NCBI GenBank assembly: GCA_963692995.1
Contig: OY843611.1
Location: 1,525,994-1,589,993, forward strand
Reading direction: 5' to 3'
DNA length: 64,000 bases
From: Dehalococcoidia bacterium
GTDB lineage: Bacteria; Chloroflexota; Dehalococcoidia; Lucifugimonadales; UBA3495
The translations under genes were made by a program, and so were the position numbers. The notes under the pieces are model-generated. The model made no database searches and was not told the DNA's origin. It was given only the letters and a program-made list of their open reading frames with translations. Positions 26,317 through 35,807 of the stretch are shown one piece after another (within the stretch, counting starts at the first letter, position 1; each line of letters starts with the position of its first letter).

Positions 26317-27450
26317 TTACTTCTGGATGAAGTCCACCTTGGGGAAGGCGCCGTTGACGATGGGGTTAGCGTCCATCCCGAGCCAGTCTTCAACAATGCT
26401 GGAGTATGCGCCGCGGAAGTCGTAGTTGGGAACCAGGTCACCCTGTTCCAGGTCCTCGTTCTTCCGAGAGGGATACTCGCCGTAGAAGCCGCCCTTGACC
26501 GAGTCGCCCACGGCGAACGCAACGCCGGCTGCGCCGTGATCGGTGCCGGAGCCGTTGTCACGAACCCGGCGGCCAAACTCGGAGAACAGGTACATGACGA
26601 TGTTCTCGCCGGTGTTGTGCTCCTTCATATCCTCGAAGAAGGCGCTGATGCCCTCGGAAACTTCCTTCCACAGCACCGGGTGGGCCGCGGCCTCACCGGC
26701 GTGGGTGTCGAAGCTGCCGTGCTGGGTGTAGAAAATCTTCGTGCCCAGATCCGCCATGTACACCTGGGCGATGTCGCGGAGGTGCATGGCAATGGGGCTG
26801 TTGGGATATTCCACGTTGCTGGAGTACCGTTCCGGCGCGATCTTCACGATGTCGGCGCCGATCATGGCGTCGGTGCCGGTGGAGCGCAGATAGTCGTTGA
26901 CGTAGCTGCCGCCCACGGTGGGCGAATACATCTTGGAGAACAGGTCCAAAGCCTTGGAGCGCTGGTCAGTATCGGAGATGCCGGTCAGCAGACCGTAAGT
27001 GCTCAGATCAGCGATGGCCGCTACCGGAACACCGGGGACGGCCAGCGCGCGGGGCAGCCCGTGGCCGAAGTTGATGGCCGTCAGCACGTTCTCTTTGTTG
27101 GGATCCATCTCGCGGGCGACCCGGCCGGCCCAGCCTTCCGTTCCCACCTTGTCCGGTTCGCAGGTGTGCCAGATGTCCATGCTGCGGAAGTGCGAGCGGG
27201 GGCTGTCAGCGTAGCCGATGCCGTGGATTACGGCGACCTTGCCCTGGTCAAACAGATCTTTCATCGGACCCATGGTGGGAGCGAAACCGAGCTCGTCGGT
27301 GACGGGGATAATGCTCTCACGCTCGTAACGGACCGCGGGCCGGTTGTCATAGTACAACGGGTCGTTGTAGGGGATCACCGTGTTGAAGTAGTCGTTGCCG
27401 CCGGTGAGCTGCAGGACCACGATCACCGGATCTTTCTTGGTGGAGGTCAT
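26317..27450 (-). CDS. DUF1501 domain protein (sulfatase-fold)
   Basis: Start MTSTKKDPVIVVLQLTGGNDYFN at 27450; HGIGYADSPRSHF, FDTHA, GSGTDHG motifs; no Tat/Sec signal visible. Confidence 0.7.
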   Translation of the reverse strand: MTSTKKDPVIVVLQLTGGNDYFNTVIPYNDPLYYDNRPAVRYERESIIPVTDELGFAPTMGPMKDLFDQGKVAVIHGIGYADSPRSHFRSMDIWHTCEPDKVGTEGWAGRVAREMDPNKENVLTAINFGHGLPRALAVPGVPVAAIADLSTYGLLTGISDTDQRSKALDLFSKMYSPTVGGSYVNDYLRSTGTDAMIGADIVKIAPERYSSNVEYPNSPIAMHLRDIAQVYMADLGTKIFYTQHGSFDTHAGEAAAHPVLWKEVSEGISAFFEDMKEHNTGENIVMYLFSEFGRRVRDNGSGTDHGAAGVAFAVGDSVKGGFYGEYPSRKNEDLEQGDLVPNYDFRGAYSSIVEDWLGMDANPIVNGAFPKVDFIQK

Positions 27451-27545
27451 TGCGTATCTCCTTGTCGTAATGTGCGTGGCTTGGTTCGTCCGGAGGGGGA
27501 TTAGAGCCGGCCACAATCACGCGGCCGGCTCTACTGTCTCCAGAT

Positions 27546-28946
27546 TTAGCCGAACTGGTACTCGGTGGTGGCGCTAATCAGAGCCATGGTCTCGCCGATG
27601 CGGGTGGCGGCCGCAGGGCGGTCGTCCCAGTCAACATTGCCGCCCGCGCGGACGTGCTCGGCCAGTTGGCCCCGCGTCTCTTCGCTAAGCTCGATGAAGC
27701 CCATGTACTCGGTGCAGGCATCAAGTATGTGATCGGGCGTCTCGACACCCTCGGAGCGCATCCGGTCGATGATGTCGCGCATGCCCGGAAGCTCGGGGTC
27801 GGAAACCCGGTCGGCCACGAAGTTGATGCGAGCCAGCAGCGCGCCGGAGTTGATCCACTCGAGACCGGTGTGCCAGCCTTCTACCGACGGCGGGTCCAGG
27901 ATCGACTGACCCATGTAGGTGGGTTCCTTGCCGATGTTCAGTATGCCGGGGTCGGGGTTCTCAAAGAGGCCGACCATGCGCAGGGTGCCGGCGACCACTT
28001 CGGCAGGGCTCTTAATTTTCTGGTAGCGGGCGTCCTTGAACCACTGCGAGTTGAACATGTGCCGAAGGACGGTCCTCATATTGAAGTTGGAGTCCTCGAA
28101 CACCTGGCACATCTCTTCCAGGGCATCCTCGTCACGGGCCGGCTCAATGGTCCAGGCGGGAACCTGCGGCTCGTCAGCGACGAAGAAGTTGTAGAGGTGG
28201 CGGCAGATGAAGCGGGAGGTCGCGGGCTCTTCGAGGACGATGTCGATGATGTCCTCACCGTCAAAGTTGCCGGTGCGACCCAGGAACGTCTTTTCACCGA
28301 AGTCGTGGTCGGCTTCGTTGTAGTTGAATTTCCAGGGATAGCGGCCGTAGGGAGCCCGCGGCAGCTTCGCTTGTATCGTCCAGCCGGTGAAGGCGCGCGA
28401 GCACTCGCGAACGTCAACCTCGGTGTAGTTAGAAACGCCCATCGAGAAGAGTTCCAGCAGCTCGCGGCCCCAGTTCTCGTTAACGGCGTCCCGATGGTTC
28501 TCATTGTTGTCCAGCCAGAAGATCATGGCCGGATTCTTGGACAGCTCAATGAGAATGTCCCGATAGTTGCCCATGCCGTATTCCCGGAACATGTCAATCT
28601 GCTCAAGCAACTGGTCGCAGTTGTCAACCTTGGAGTTGCCGGTGGCGAATACATGGTGCCAGAAGAGGGTCATCTTCTCTTCCAGCGGCCGGTCGCTGGA
28701 AACCATGTTGTACATCCAGTTGGCCTGACCGGAATAGGGAACACCGCCCGGGAGCAGGAAGCTGGGGTGATAGCGCAGCAGCAGCGCCATCTTGCCGCCT
28801 TCGTTATCGGCGGGCGGGCTGAGTAGCTCTTCTACAGTGGCTTCGTAACCCTGAGCAACGCATCGCTCCAGCTCTGCGCGGTTGGCGCCAAAGCCGGCGC
28901 GCCGCATCAAGTGGGCCATCAATGCCAAGTCATCCTTGTATGACAT
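27546..28946 (-). CDS. DUF1800 domain protein
   Basis: 466 aa; HLMRRAGFGA N-terminal motif, NENWGRELLELFSMG; immediately upstream of the DUF1501 gene, a pairing that recurs in other genomes. Confidence 0.7.
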   Translation of the reverse strand: MSYKDDLALMAHLMRRAGFGANRAELERCVAQGYEATVEELLSPPADNEGGKMALLLRYHPSFLLPGGVPYSGQANWMYNMVSSDRPLEEKMTLFWHHVFATGNSKVDNCDQLLEQIDMFREYGMGNYRDILIELSKNPAMIFWLDNNENHRDAVNENWGRELLELFSMGVSNYTEVDVRECSRAFTGWTIQAKLPRAPYGRYPWKFNYNEADHDFGEKTFLGRTGNFDGEDIIDIVLEEPATSRFICRHLYNFFVADEPQVPAWTIEPARDEDALEEMCQVFEDSNFNMRTVLRHMFNSQWFKDARYQKIKSPAEVVAGTLRMVGLFENPDPGILNIGKEPTYMGQSILDPPSVEGWHTGLEWINSGALLARINFVADRVSDPELPGMRDIIDRMRSEGVETPDHILDACTEYMGFIELSEETRGQLAEHVRAGGNVDWDDRPAAATRIGETMALISATTEYQFG

Positions 28947-29178
28947 CCGGTGCCTCCTTACTGTAATTTGGTGCCGCGTTAATAGCCGATCCTTACCGGG
29001 CCGACTCTACGACGATTTCCCGTAGTTTAATTTAGACGTAACCCCGTGTCAACCAAAAACGGCTTACGGCTCAAACTTGATAACCATTATAAACTGGTAA
29101 TGCAAGGGCAACAGAAACGGTTCAACCCCGGTCGCCCTTTCCGCCCCTTTCGCCGTCCGTCAGGATATTCCTGTGGGC

Positions 29179-29207
29179 TTTATCCGGCCAACCCTGCGCC
29201 GTATAAT
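29179..29207 (+). promoter_or_regulatory. Putative sigma70-type promoter for the bicupin gene
   Basis: TTTATC (29179-84), 17-nt spacer, TATAAT (29202-07), about 40 nt upstream of ATG 29248. Confidence 0.4.
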
Positions 29208-29247
29208 CTCAACGGAACTCAGATCCCGACAACAAGGAGAAACCCTG

Positions 29248-29952
29248 ATGCAACCCATCATCCATAATATTAAGGACTACCCGGCGGGCTCCCCGGCGCG
29301 GCTCATCAGTGCCGACGACAACCCAGCCTTGGTTACGTTGGCCTACTCCGTCATTGAGCCGGGTGGCGCCAGCTCCCACCACATCCATGAGTGGGAGCAT
29401 GAAGTGTATATCATCGAGGGCAGCGGCACTCTGGTGGCCGACGGAAAAGAATATCCCGTCAAAGCGGGCGACGCCATGTTCATCCCGCCCATGGTCGACC
29501 ACGTTACACGCAATGATGGCGACGTGGACATTCGGCGCATTGAGATAAATCCTCTGTCGGCGGCCAGCGGCAACGCCCGGCCCGGCGGTTCCGAACCGGG
29601 AGCCGGCACGCCTCCGGTAATCCGCAACCACGCCGATCTGAACGCTGAAACCGGCCACACCATGCTCGGTGGCCGCGATGGGTGTCCCAATTACCTGATG
29701 CTTTACAACGGCGCGATGCTGCCCGGCGCGGTAAGCCACCCCGAAACCGGAGGGCACAATCACGCCTGGGATCATACCGTATTCATCCTGGAAGGTTCCG
29801 GCGCCTTGGTGGTCTCAGGCCAGGAATACGCCGTAACCGCCGGCGACGCCGTCCTGGTGCCTCCCGGGGAACACCACCAATGGAAGAACGAAACTGACGC
29901 CCCCATGCTCCGCGTGACCTTCAACGACATCGCGTCGGAGGGGCATGGTTAG
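29248..29952 (+). CDS. Bicupin (two cupin_2-type domains)
   Basis: AAGGAGA SD; two copies of the H.H...E...G / P...H pattern (SSHHIHEWEHEVYIIEGSG...IPPMVDH; HNHAWDHTVFILEGSG...VPPGEHH). Confidence 0.7.
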   Translation: MQPIIHNIKDYPAGSPARLISADDNPALVTLAYSVIEPGGASSHHIHEWEHEVYIIEGSGTLVADGKEYPVKAGDAMFIPPMVDHVTRNDGDVDIRRIEINPLSAASGNARPGGSEPGAGTPPVIRNHADLNAETGHTMLGGRDGCPNYLMLYNGAMLPGAVSHPETGGHNHAWDHTVFILEGSGALVVSGQEYAVTAGDAVLVPPGEHHQWKNETDAPMLRVTFNDIASEGHG

Positions 29953-30052
29953 GCATATGCCCGTCCCGGGCGCAACGACCCCACGGCGAAATGCTTGGTA
30001 ACGCGATCGCCGCTGCCTCGCACCTTCCGCCATCATGACTGGACGATAACGG

Positions 30053-31363
30053 ATGCCCACTCCCACCACCATCGCTTCCGTCCGTGCCCGGGAAGTCCTT
30101 GACTCTCGGGGCAACCCTACCGTGGAGGTTGACATATCATTGGACGGCGGCGCCTTTGGCCGAGCTATCGTCCCGTCCGGCGCCTCTACGGGCCGCTACG
30201 AAGCGGTCGAACTGAGGGACGGTGACCCGGCGCGATACGCGGGTCTGGGGGTCTTGCGGGCAGTGGGGGCGGTCAACGATGTCATCGGACCGTCCCTCGC
30301 CGGCCAGGCTGATGCCGCTGACCAACCCGTCCTGGACAATTGGCTCCGGGAACTCGACGGGACCGCCAGCAAAGCCAACCTGGGCGCCAACGCCATCCTG
30401 GGCGTCTCCCTCGCCGCCGCCCACGCCGCCGCCGCCGCCACGGGCCAGCCGCTGTACCGATACCTGGGCGGGCCCAACGCCACTACCTTGCCCCTGCCCA
30501 TGGTCAATATCATCAGCGGCGGAAGACACGCTGCCGGCGGATTAGACATGCAGGACTTCCTCGCCATTCCCATCGGCGCCGAGACCTATCGTAACGCCCT
30601 GCGGATGGTAGTGGCGGTGCACCGTGCAGTGGGCCGGCTTCTGTCCCAGTCCGGAACCGGCGCCTACGGGGTGGCCGATGAGGGAGGTTACGGACCGCCG
30701 TTGCCCTGTCACGAGGATGCCTTGGGCCTACTCTACGATGCCACGCGGTTGGCGGGTTATCGCTGCGCCCGAGACGGGGACATCGCCATCGGCCTGGACG
30801 TCGCCGCCACCGAATTTGCGGTAGCTGATGGCGCCTATACTCTCCGGGCTGAAGGCCGGTCATTCACGTCTGTTGAGTTGGCCGATTTGCTGGCTCATTG
30901 GCAACTGACGTACCCGATAATATCCATTGAGGACGGGTTGTCCGAAGACGATTGGGAAGGCTGGCAGTATCTGACCGCTAAAATGGGCCGCGTAACACAG
31001 CTGATTGGCGACGACCTGTTCACCACTAATCCAACGCGGTTGACCCGGGGCGCCGATCTGGGAATCGCCAACTCGGTGCTGGTCAAACCGAACCAAATTG
31101 GCACCCTCACCGAAACCCTGGAAACCGTGCGACTCGCCCAAGAGCGTGGCTACCTGCCGGTCATTTCGGCCCGGTCCGGTGAAACGGAAGACGCCACCAT
31201 CGCTGACTTGGCGGTAGCGACCGGCGCCGGCCAAATTAAAATCGGCTCCATCACTCGATCCGAACGCCTTGCCAAATACAACCGCCTGCTCCGGATCGAA
31301 GAAGAGTTGGGGGAACGGGCCCAGTTCGCGGGTCGTGACGTTTTTGCCCGGTTTCTCAGTTGA
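30053..31363 (+). CDS. eno: Enolase (phosphopyruvate hydratase)
   Basis: AREVLDSRGNPTVEVD, PSGASTG..EA.ELRD, SARSGETEDATIADLAV, KIGSITRSERLAKYN. Confidence 0.9.
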   Translation: MPTPTTIASVRAREVLDSRGNPTVEVDISLDGGAFGRAIVPSGASTGRYEAVELRDGDPARYAGLGVLRAVGAVNDVIGPSLAGQADAADQPVLDNWLRELDGTASKANLGANAILGVSLAAAHAAAAATGQPLYRYLGGPNATTLPLPMVNIISGGRHAAGGLDMQDFLAIPIGAETYRNALRMVVAVHRAVGRLLSQSGTGAYGVADEGGYGPPLPCHEDALGLLYDATRLAGYRCARDGDIAIGLDVAATEFAVADGAYTLRAEGRSFTSVELADLLAHWQLTYPIISIEDGLSEDDWEGWQYLTAKMGRVTQLIGDDLFTTNPTRLTRGADLGIANSVLVKPNQIGTLTETLETVRLAQERGYLPVISARSGETEDATIADLAVATGAGQIKIGSITRSERLAKYNRLLRIEEELGERAQFAGRDVFARFLS

Positions 31364-32103
31364 TCGCGAACCCTGACCCATCGGCCATGGCGAGCCTGTC
31401 CCAGCACGCGAAACGGCTCGGTGTTTGCTTGTCACACGATCAACTGGACCTCTTTTCCCATTACACGCGCCTGTTGGCCGAAGGAAACCGGCGCGCTAAC
31501 CTCACCGCCATTACCGACCCGGCCGAAGTCCAAGTCCGCCACTACCTCGATTCACTCACCGCCGTGCTGGTCAATACCGAGTGGAAGGACCGTCTGCGGG
31601 TCATAGATTTGGGCGCTGGCGCCGGGTTTCCTGGAGTGCCGCTCAAAATAGCCTTTCCCGGAATCGCCCTGACCCTGGTGGAATCGGTCGGCAAAAAGAC
31701 TGCGTTCCTCCGGGATCTTGTCGAAAAATTGGGACTTCCGGACGTCGAGGTGTTAACTACACGAGCCGAGGAGCTGGCCCGCGTCGAAGGCTACCGCGGT
31801 CAATTCGATGTTGCCCTGGCCCGTGGCGTCGGCGCCTTGCCGGTGTTGATCGAGTACGCATTGCCGCTGTGCAAGGGTCACGGAAAATTGCTGGCCTGGA
31901 AAGGCAAGGACGGGCCGGCAGAGGCCCGGGCGTCGGCCAACGCTCTGGCCGAACTTGGGGGCAACATTACCCAAATGTATCCGGTGACTACTGTGTCGCC
32001 GCCTTTGCCTCCGGATCGCTGGCTAATTTGCGTACAGAAGATCCGTCGCACTCCTGGCCGTTACCCCCGGCGCGTGGGTATTCCGGCGAAACAGCCGCTA
32101 TGA
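31360..32103 (+). CDS. rsmG: 16S rRNA (guanine527-N7)-methyltransferase RsmG
   Basis: NLTAITDPAEVQVRHYLDSL, VIDLGAGAGFPGVPLKI; TTG start overlapping the eno stop, or ATG at 31387. Confidence 0.8.
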   Translation: MIANPDPSAMASLSQHAKRLGVCLSHDQLDLFSHYTRLLAEGNRRANLTAITDPAEVQVRHYLDSLTAVLVNTEWKDRLRVIDLGAGAGFPGVPLKIAFPGIALTLVESVGKKTAFLRDLVEKLGLPDVEVLTTRAEELARVEGYRGQFDVALARGVGALPVLIEYALPLCKGHGKLLAWKGKDGPAEARASANALAELGGNITQMYPVTTVSPPLPPDRWLICVQKIRRTPGRYPRRVGIPAKQPL

Positions 32104-34017
32104 GAACGCGACGGCGAGATCGACACGGCCACCGGCATCCCAACCGCGCGCCGCGTAATAGTCGGCGATCATCCCGTCCAGCTCGTGAACCGTCAACCCG
32201 ATGCCGGCGGCCACTCCATCCGGCAGCGGTTCGGTAAGCGTGCGCGGCGGCAGCGTGTCGTCCGAGCGTCTCCAGCCCCAGCGCTGATTGTAGGCTTTTT
32301 TCAGGTCGGCGATGCCAGCGACAGTTTTGCGCAACTCGACGGCATCGAAGTCTTTCCAGCCCGTGACCATCCGGTACACTGCCGCAGACTCTTCCCAAAA
32401 ATCGGAAAACGCCCGTCGCAGGAACTTGCACCAGATCAGCGAATCCAGCGCGGCGGCAAAATCTTCGCTGTCCACCGCAATACGCCCCCGCCTTTCGTCA
32501 ACGGTCAGCCGGTCCACTTCAGGCGAGAAGTCAGCGTCATACGCAGACGTCCGGTTGTGACACGCGCCACGCGGGGTCGTTGCCAGTCCCAGCGCAAGCG
32601 TCTTCAGGCTGCGCGGTTCGTAACCCGGCATCTCCAGTCCCTTAACCTGCATGGCCCAATCCGACGAACCACCCCCGATCTTTTCGGCTGCCAGCCGGGT
32701 GCCGTCGGCGAGCAGATTCCCCAAATAGCCGCGCCGCCGCCCGATGTCGTCCAGCAAGTCGATGATGGCGTCCCCCTTTCCGAACTTCAACCCTTCCTCC
32801 GAACCGGCCGATGTTGTAATGTTCCCGCTGGGCAACAACCCGCGCTCCGCCGTTTCAATAGCCCAGGCGACCACTCCTCCGGCGGAGATGGTATCGATAC
32901 CCAACTCGTCGCAACGGCGCGCCGCTCGAATAATGGCGTCCGGGTCACCCACGCCCACCAACGGCCCCAGGGCAAATAAACTTTCGTATTCCAGCCGCGC
33001 GGTGGCGGGTTTTTCCGGTTTTCCGTCGCCGTCTTTTGGCGATACGGCGACGATTTTTTCGCACCCAATAGTGCAGTTGGCGCAATGTGCCGACTGCATT
33101 TGTTTGGTCTGATGCAATACCTCGCCGCTCACCGCCTCCGCATCGGCGAAGGTGGATTGTTGGAAATTGCGCGTGGGCAACGTGCCCAGGCGGTTGAACA
33201 CGGACACGTTGGCAATGGTGCCCAGCTCCCGATACTTGGCGGTAGCCGGGCCCAGGCTGCGCCGGCTGAGGTCGCGGGCGTACCGTCGCAAGCTCTTCGG
33301 GTCGGCCACGGTCGGATCCGCCTCCGCGCTGCCGCGGACCGCGATGGCTTTGAGCCGCTTACTGCCCATGACCGCCCCGGGCCCGCATCTGCCGGCCTGC
33401 CGGCCGCCGTCGTTGGCAATGCTGGCGAAACGGACCAGGTTCTCCCCGGCCGGCCCGATGCAAGCGACCCGCACCGGTTTTCGGTTGCCGTCCGCCAATT
33501 GGGCCTTTACGGCCAACTCCGTATCCATGGTTGACAAGCCCATGAGATGCCCGGCCGGCCGGATGCGCGGCGTACTGTCAATATCGATGTGTAGCAGGCA
33601 CGGCTCCGGGGCGCGACCGGTGATGACCAATGCGTCGCCGCAGGCGCGTTTGAGTTCCACGGCCAGGTGGCTGGACGACAACCCATCGGCGATAAACCCG
33701 GTTAGCGGCGACCGAGTCATCACGGCGAACTTGCTAGACGTCGTGAGGCCGGTCCCGACGAGGGGGCTCGTGACGAAAATCAGGGGGTTGTCCGGCTCCA
33801 GCGCGGTGTCGAGCAGATGGCGGCGCGCCGAATCAGTCAGCGTCTCGCCGTCAAGATCAGACGCCGGCCCCCCGTATCGATGCAGCAGCCAAGTCCCCAA
33901 ACCGATACCGCCGATGGTGGCGCGCAGAACTCGGGCCGGGATCGGATCCTGGCGGTAATCCCCGGACGCCAGATCCACAACCAGCGCGAAACCCCGGTAG
34001 CCGAAAAGGGTATCCAT
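32098..34017 (-). CDS. aor: Aldehyde:ferredoxin oxidoreductase family (tungsten/molybdenum pterin enzyme)
   Basis: 639 aa; N-terminal FGYRGFALVVDLASG, Fe-S ligands in HCANCTIGCEK, typical AOR length. Confidence 0.85.
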   Translation of the reverse strand: MDTLFGYRGFALVVDLASGDYRQDPIPARVLRATIGGIGLGTWLLHRYGGPASDLDGETLTDSARRHLLDTALEPDNPLIFVTSPLVGTGLTTSSKFAVMTRSPLTGFIADGLSSSHLAVELKRACGDALVITGRAPEPCLLHIDIDSTPRIRPAGHLMGLSTMDTELAVKAQLADGNRKPVRVACIGPAGENLVRFASIANDGGRQAGRCGPGAVMGSKRLKAIAVRGSAEADPTVADPKSLRRYARDLSRRSLGPATAKYRELGTIANVSVFNRLGTLPTRNFQQSTFADAEAVSGEVLHQTKQMQSAHCANCTIGCEKIVAVSPKDGDGKPEKPATARLEYESLFALGPLVGVGDPDAIIRAARRCDELGIDTISAGGVVAWAIETAERGLLPSGNITTSAGSEEGLKFGKGDAIIDLLDDIGRRRGYLGNLLADGTRLAAEKIGGGSSDWAMQVKGLEMPGYEPRSLKTLALGLATTPRGACHNRTSAYDADFSPEVDRLTVDERRGRIAVDSEDFAAALDSLIWCKFLRRAFSDFWEESAAVYRMVTGWKDFDAVELRKTVAGIADLKKAYNQRWGWRRSDDTLPPRTLTEPLPDGVAAGIGLTVHELDGMIADYYAARGWDAGGRVDLAVAFS

Positions 34018-34023
34018 CTCGAA

Positions 34024-34341
34024 TCAACCCCCGGCCTGGTTGGGCAGCAGCAGCAGCGTGTCGCCCTCTGCCAATTGGAGGAGCGCGTCGGGTTCCGCCG
34101 GCAGGAACGCCAAGCCGTTCCGGTTCAGTACGTAGCCGTCGGCGATGGCGCCACTCTCTGAAAGAACCGTGCCAACAAAATCAGGACACGCCTGGATCAA
34201 TTCGCGGGCCAGGTCCGCAACGGTCGCAGCCCCATCGAGGGAAAGCGTTAGCGCATTCACCCTCGCCCTCATGCGCGCCAGGCCAAATAGCTCCACTTTG
34301 ACTAATACGGATGCGTTGGCCATTGGGGCGTTGGCGGTCAT
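34024..34341 (-). CDS. MoaD/ThiS family sulfur-carrier protein
   Basis: 105 aa ending in ...LLLLPNQAGG (C-terminal Gly-Gly); ATGA overlap with the mobA stop. Confidence 0.7.
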   Translation of the reverse strand: MTANAPMANASVLVKVELFGLARMRARVNALTLSLDGAATVADLARELIQACPDFVGTVLSESGAIADGYVLNRNGLAFLPAEPDALLQLAEGDTLLLLPNQAGG

Positions 34342-34955
34342 CGAGCCAACTCCAACGCCCGAGCCAGATCCTCGGGCCGGTTGATGTTGAAGAAACTCAA
34401 CAGTTCCGGATCAAACTCCCGGACCTCAGCTTCGGGTACGTAGCGTACGGTTACGTCTTCAAAAAACCCGGATATTTTAAGTTGGCCGGCCCGTAGCTTC
34501 TTCTCAACGGCGGAGCGACATTCCCGCGAATAGAACGCATGGGTTGGTTCAGGCCGACCAGCTATCTCCGGTACCACTGCATCCACTCCGTCGCGTAAAC
34601 CCGCCATGTGCTCCAGAAGCGGGGCCGAAAGGAACGGCATGTCGCAAGCCGTCACCAGTACCCAGTCGGTCCGTGCGGCGTCAAGTCCGGTGTAGATCCC
34701 GCCCAGCGATCCGCAATCGGGAAACACGTCCACCGCGGTGCGATGCCTGCCGTCCAAAGGCAGGGCGGCGGCCCGTTCCGCATCAGCCACCACGACCACC
34801 ACCTCGTCGGCGCTGACGGCGTCCACCGCCCGTCGGATCACTCGGCGGATCAGAGGCTCGCCGTCAAAGGGTTCTAACGCCTTGTCCCGACCCATGCGGC
34901 GGCTCCGGCCCCCGGCCAGGATGACGGCAGTGATGTTTGCTTCGGTGTTCAGCAC
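34338..34955 (-). CDS. mobA: Molybdenum cofactor guanylyltransferase
   Basis: ITAVILAGGRSRRMGRDKAL N-terminal motif, ACDMPF. Confidence 0.8.
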   Translation of the reverse strand: MLNTEANITAVILAGGRSRRMGRDKALEPFDGEPLIRRVIRRAVDAVSADEVVVVVADAERAAALPLDGRHRTAVDVFPDCGSLGGIYTGLDAARTDWVLVTACDMPFLSAPLLEHMAGLRDGVDAVVPEIAGRPEPTHAFYSRECRSAVEKKLRAGQLKISGFFEDVTVRYVPEAEVREFDPELLSFFNINRPEDLARALELAR

Positions 34956-34958
34956 GCC

Positions 34959-35348
34959 TCAATCAGGTATTATTACCGTTGCGGTCAACAGGTCGATTAG
35001 CAACAGAATGAACAGCTCTAATAAGATGACGCAGAACCCTAGAAAAACATAGCGTGTCCCCGCACGCTTTGAAGTTCCATCACGGCTGAGATCCGCTGGA
35101 GTAGCGAATATAGTTTTGCCACCGATAACCACCAGTCGCAGGTAAACGGTGAGCGCTATTGCGATGATTACAAATTTGGCTAATTGCAGGTTCCGTATCA
35201 ATGGCTTTTCTGATGGGTACGTAGGTACATCTGACGAAATGTCAATATTGGCGATTTCGCTGGCAAAGAATGCGGCGGCAAATACGGCAGTGGCGATGGT
35301 TATAATGCCCAAACAGATTTGATTCCAGTGACGCTCTTCTTCATCCAT
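34959..35348 (-). CDS. Hypothetical small membrane protein (3-4 TM), AT-rich
   Basis: 129-aa ORF ending 4 nt before mobA; hydrophobic segments; hand-counted GC of four 60-nt lines is 42-53%, against about 72% in mobA. Confidence 0.45.
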   Translation of the reverse strand: MDEEERHWNQICLGIITIATAVFAAAFFASEIANIDISSDVPTYPSEKPLIRNLQLAKFVIIAIALTVYLRLVVIGGKTIFATPADLSRDGTSKRAGTRYVFLGFCVILLELFILLLIDLLTATVIIPD

Positions 35349-35382
35349 AGTACCATCCCCTCAGTACACCCCATCGGCTATC

Positions 35383-35757
35383 TTATTTCCGGCTATGCCG
35401 CCAAGCGTCGGTCATCATCCATATGCCGGGGACGAACATGACGAGAAGTCCGATGGTTATGAGCATGGCGGGATGACGGGCATTCGTCTCCACTGCGCTC
35501 ACCATTCCAAATACGAGGAAAGGCGATCCTGCTAATATGCCTAGCGCCCATGTCAATATTATCCACTGTATGTCGCGACGCCAAACCGAAAATAGTCTGT
35601 TAAGACGTTGACGTCCGTATCCATTAGGGGTTCCGCCGGCAGGAAACCTTCCGGATATTTCGTTACGCGTCGGTTCGCTTGCCATTTCCCGCCTCTTGGC
35701 GCCGTTTTGCAGCCCTTGCACCAAGTTTATCACAGACGACCGTTCATCATTTGCCAC
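35383..35757 (-). CDS. Hypothetical small membrane protein (2-3 TM)
   Basis: 124-aa ORF, basic N-terminus then WIILTWALGILAGSPFLVFGMV and LITIGLLVMFVPGIWMM segments; no recognisable motif. Confidence 0.4.
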   Translation of the reverse strand: MANDERSSVINLVQGLQNGAKRREMASEPTRNEISGRFPAGGTPNGYGRQRLNRLFSVWRRDIQWIILTWALGILAGSPFLVFGMVSAVETNARHPAMLITIGLLVMFVPGIWMMTDAWRHSRK

Positions 35758-35807
35758 ATCGTGTTACCCTGCGCTTAGCCCGACCCTAATCCGGAGGAAC
35801 CGCCAAT

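Noticed and set aside
25576-27504. 642-aa plus-strand ORF, the longest in the track
   Set aside because: It is entirely antisense to the NHL and DUF1501 genes, which have clear family motifs. Its translation is Gly/Ala/Val/Arg-rich with no motif, so it is a typical high-GC shadow ORF.
30400-30460. GCC/GCCGCC triplet-rich stretch
   Set aside because: It encodes an Ala-rich loop (LAAAHAAAAATG) inside enolase. This is low-complexity coding sequence typical of high-GC genomes, not a repeat element.
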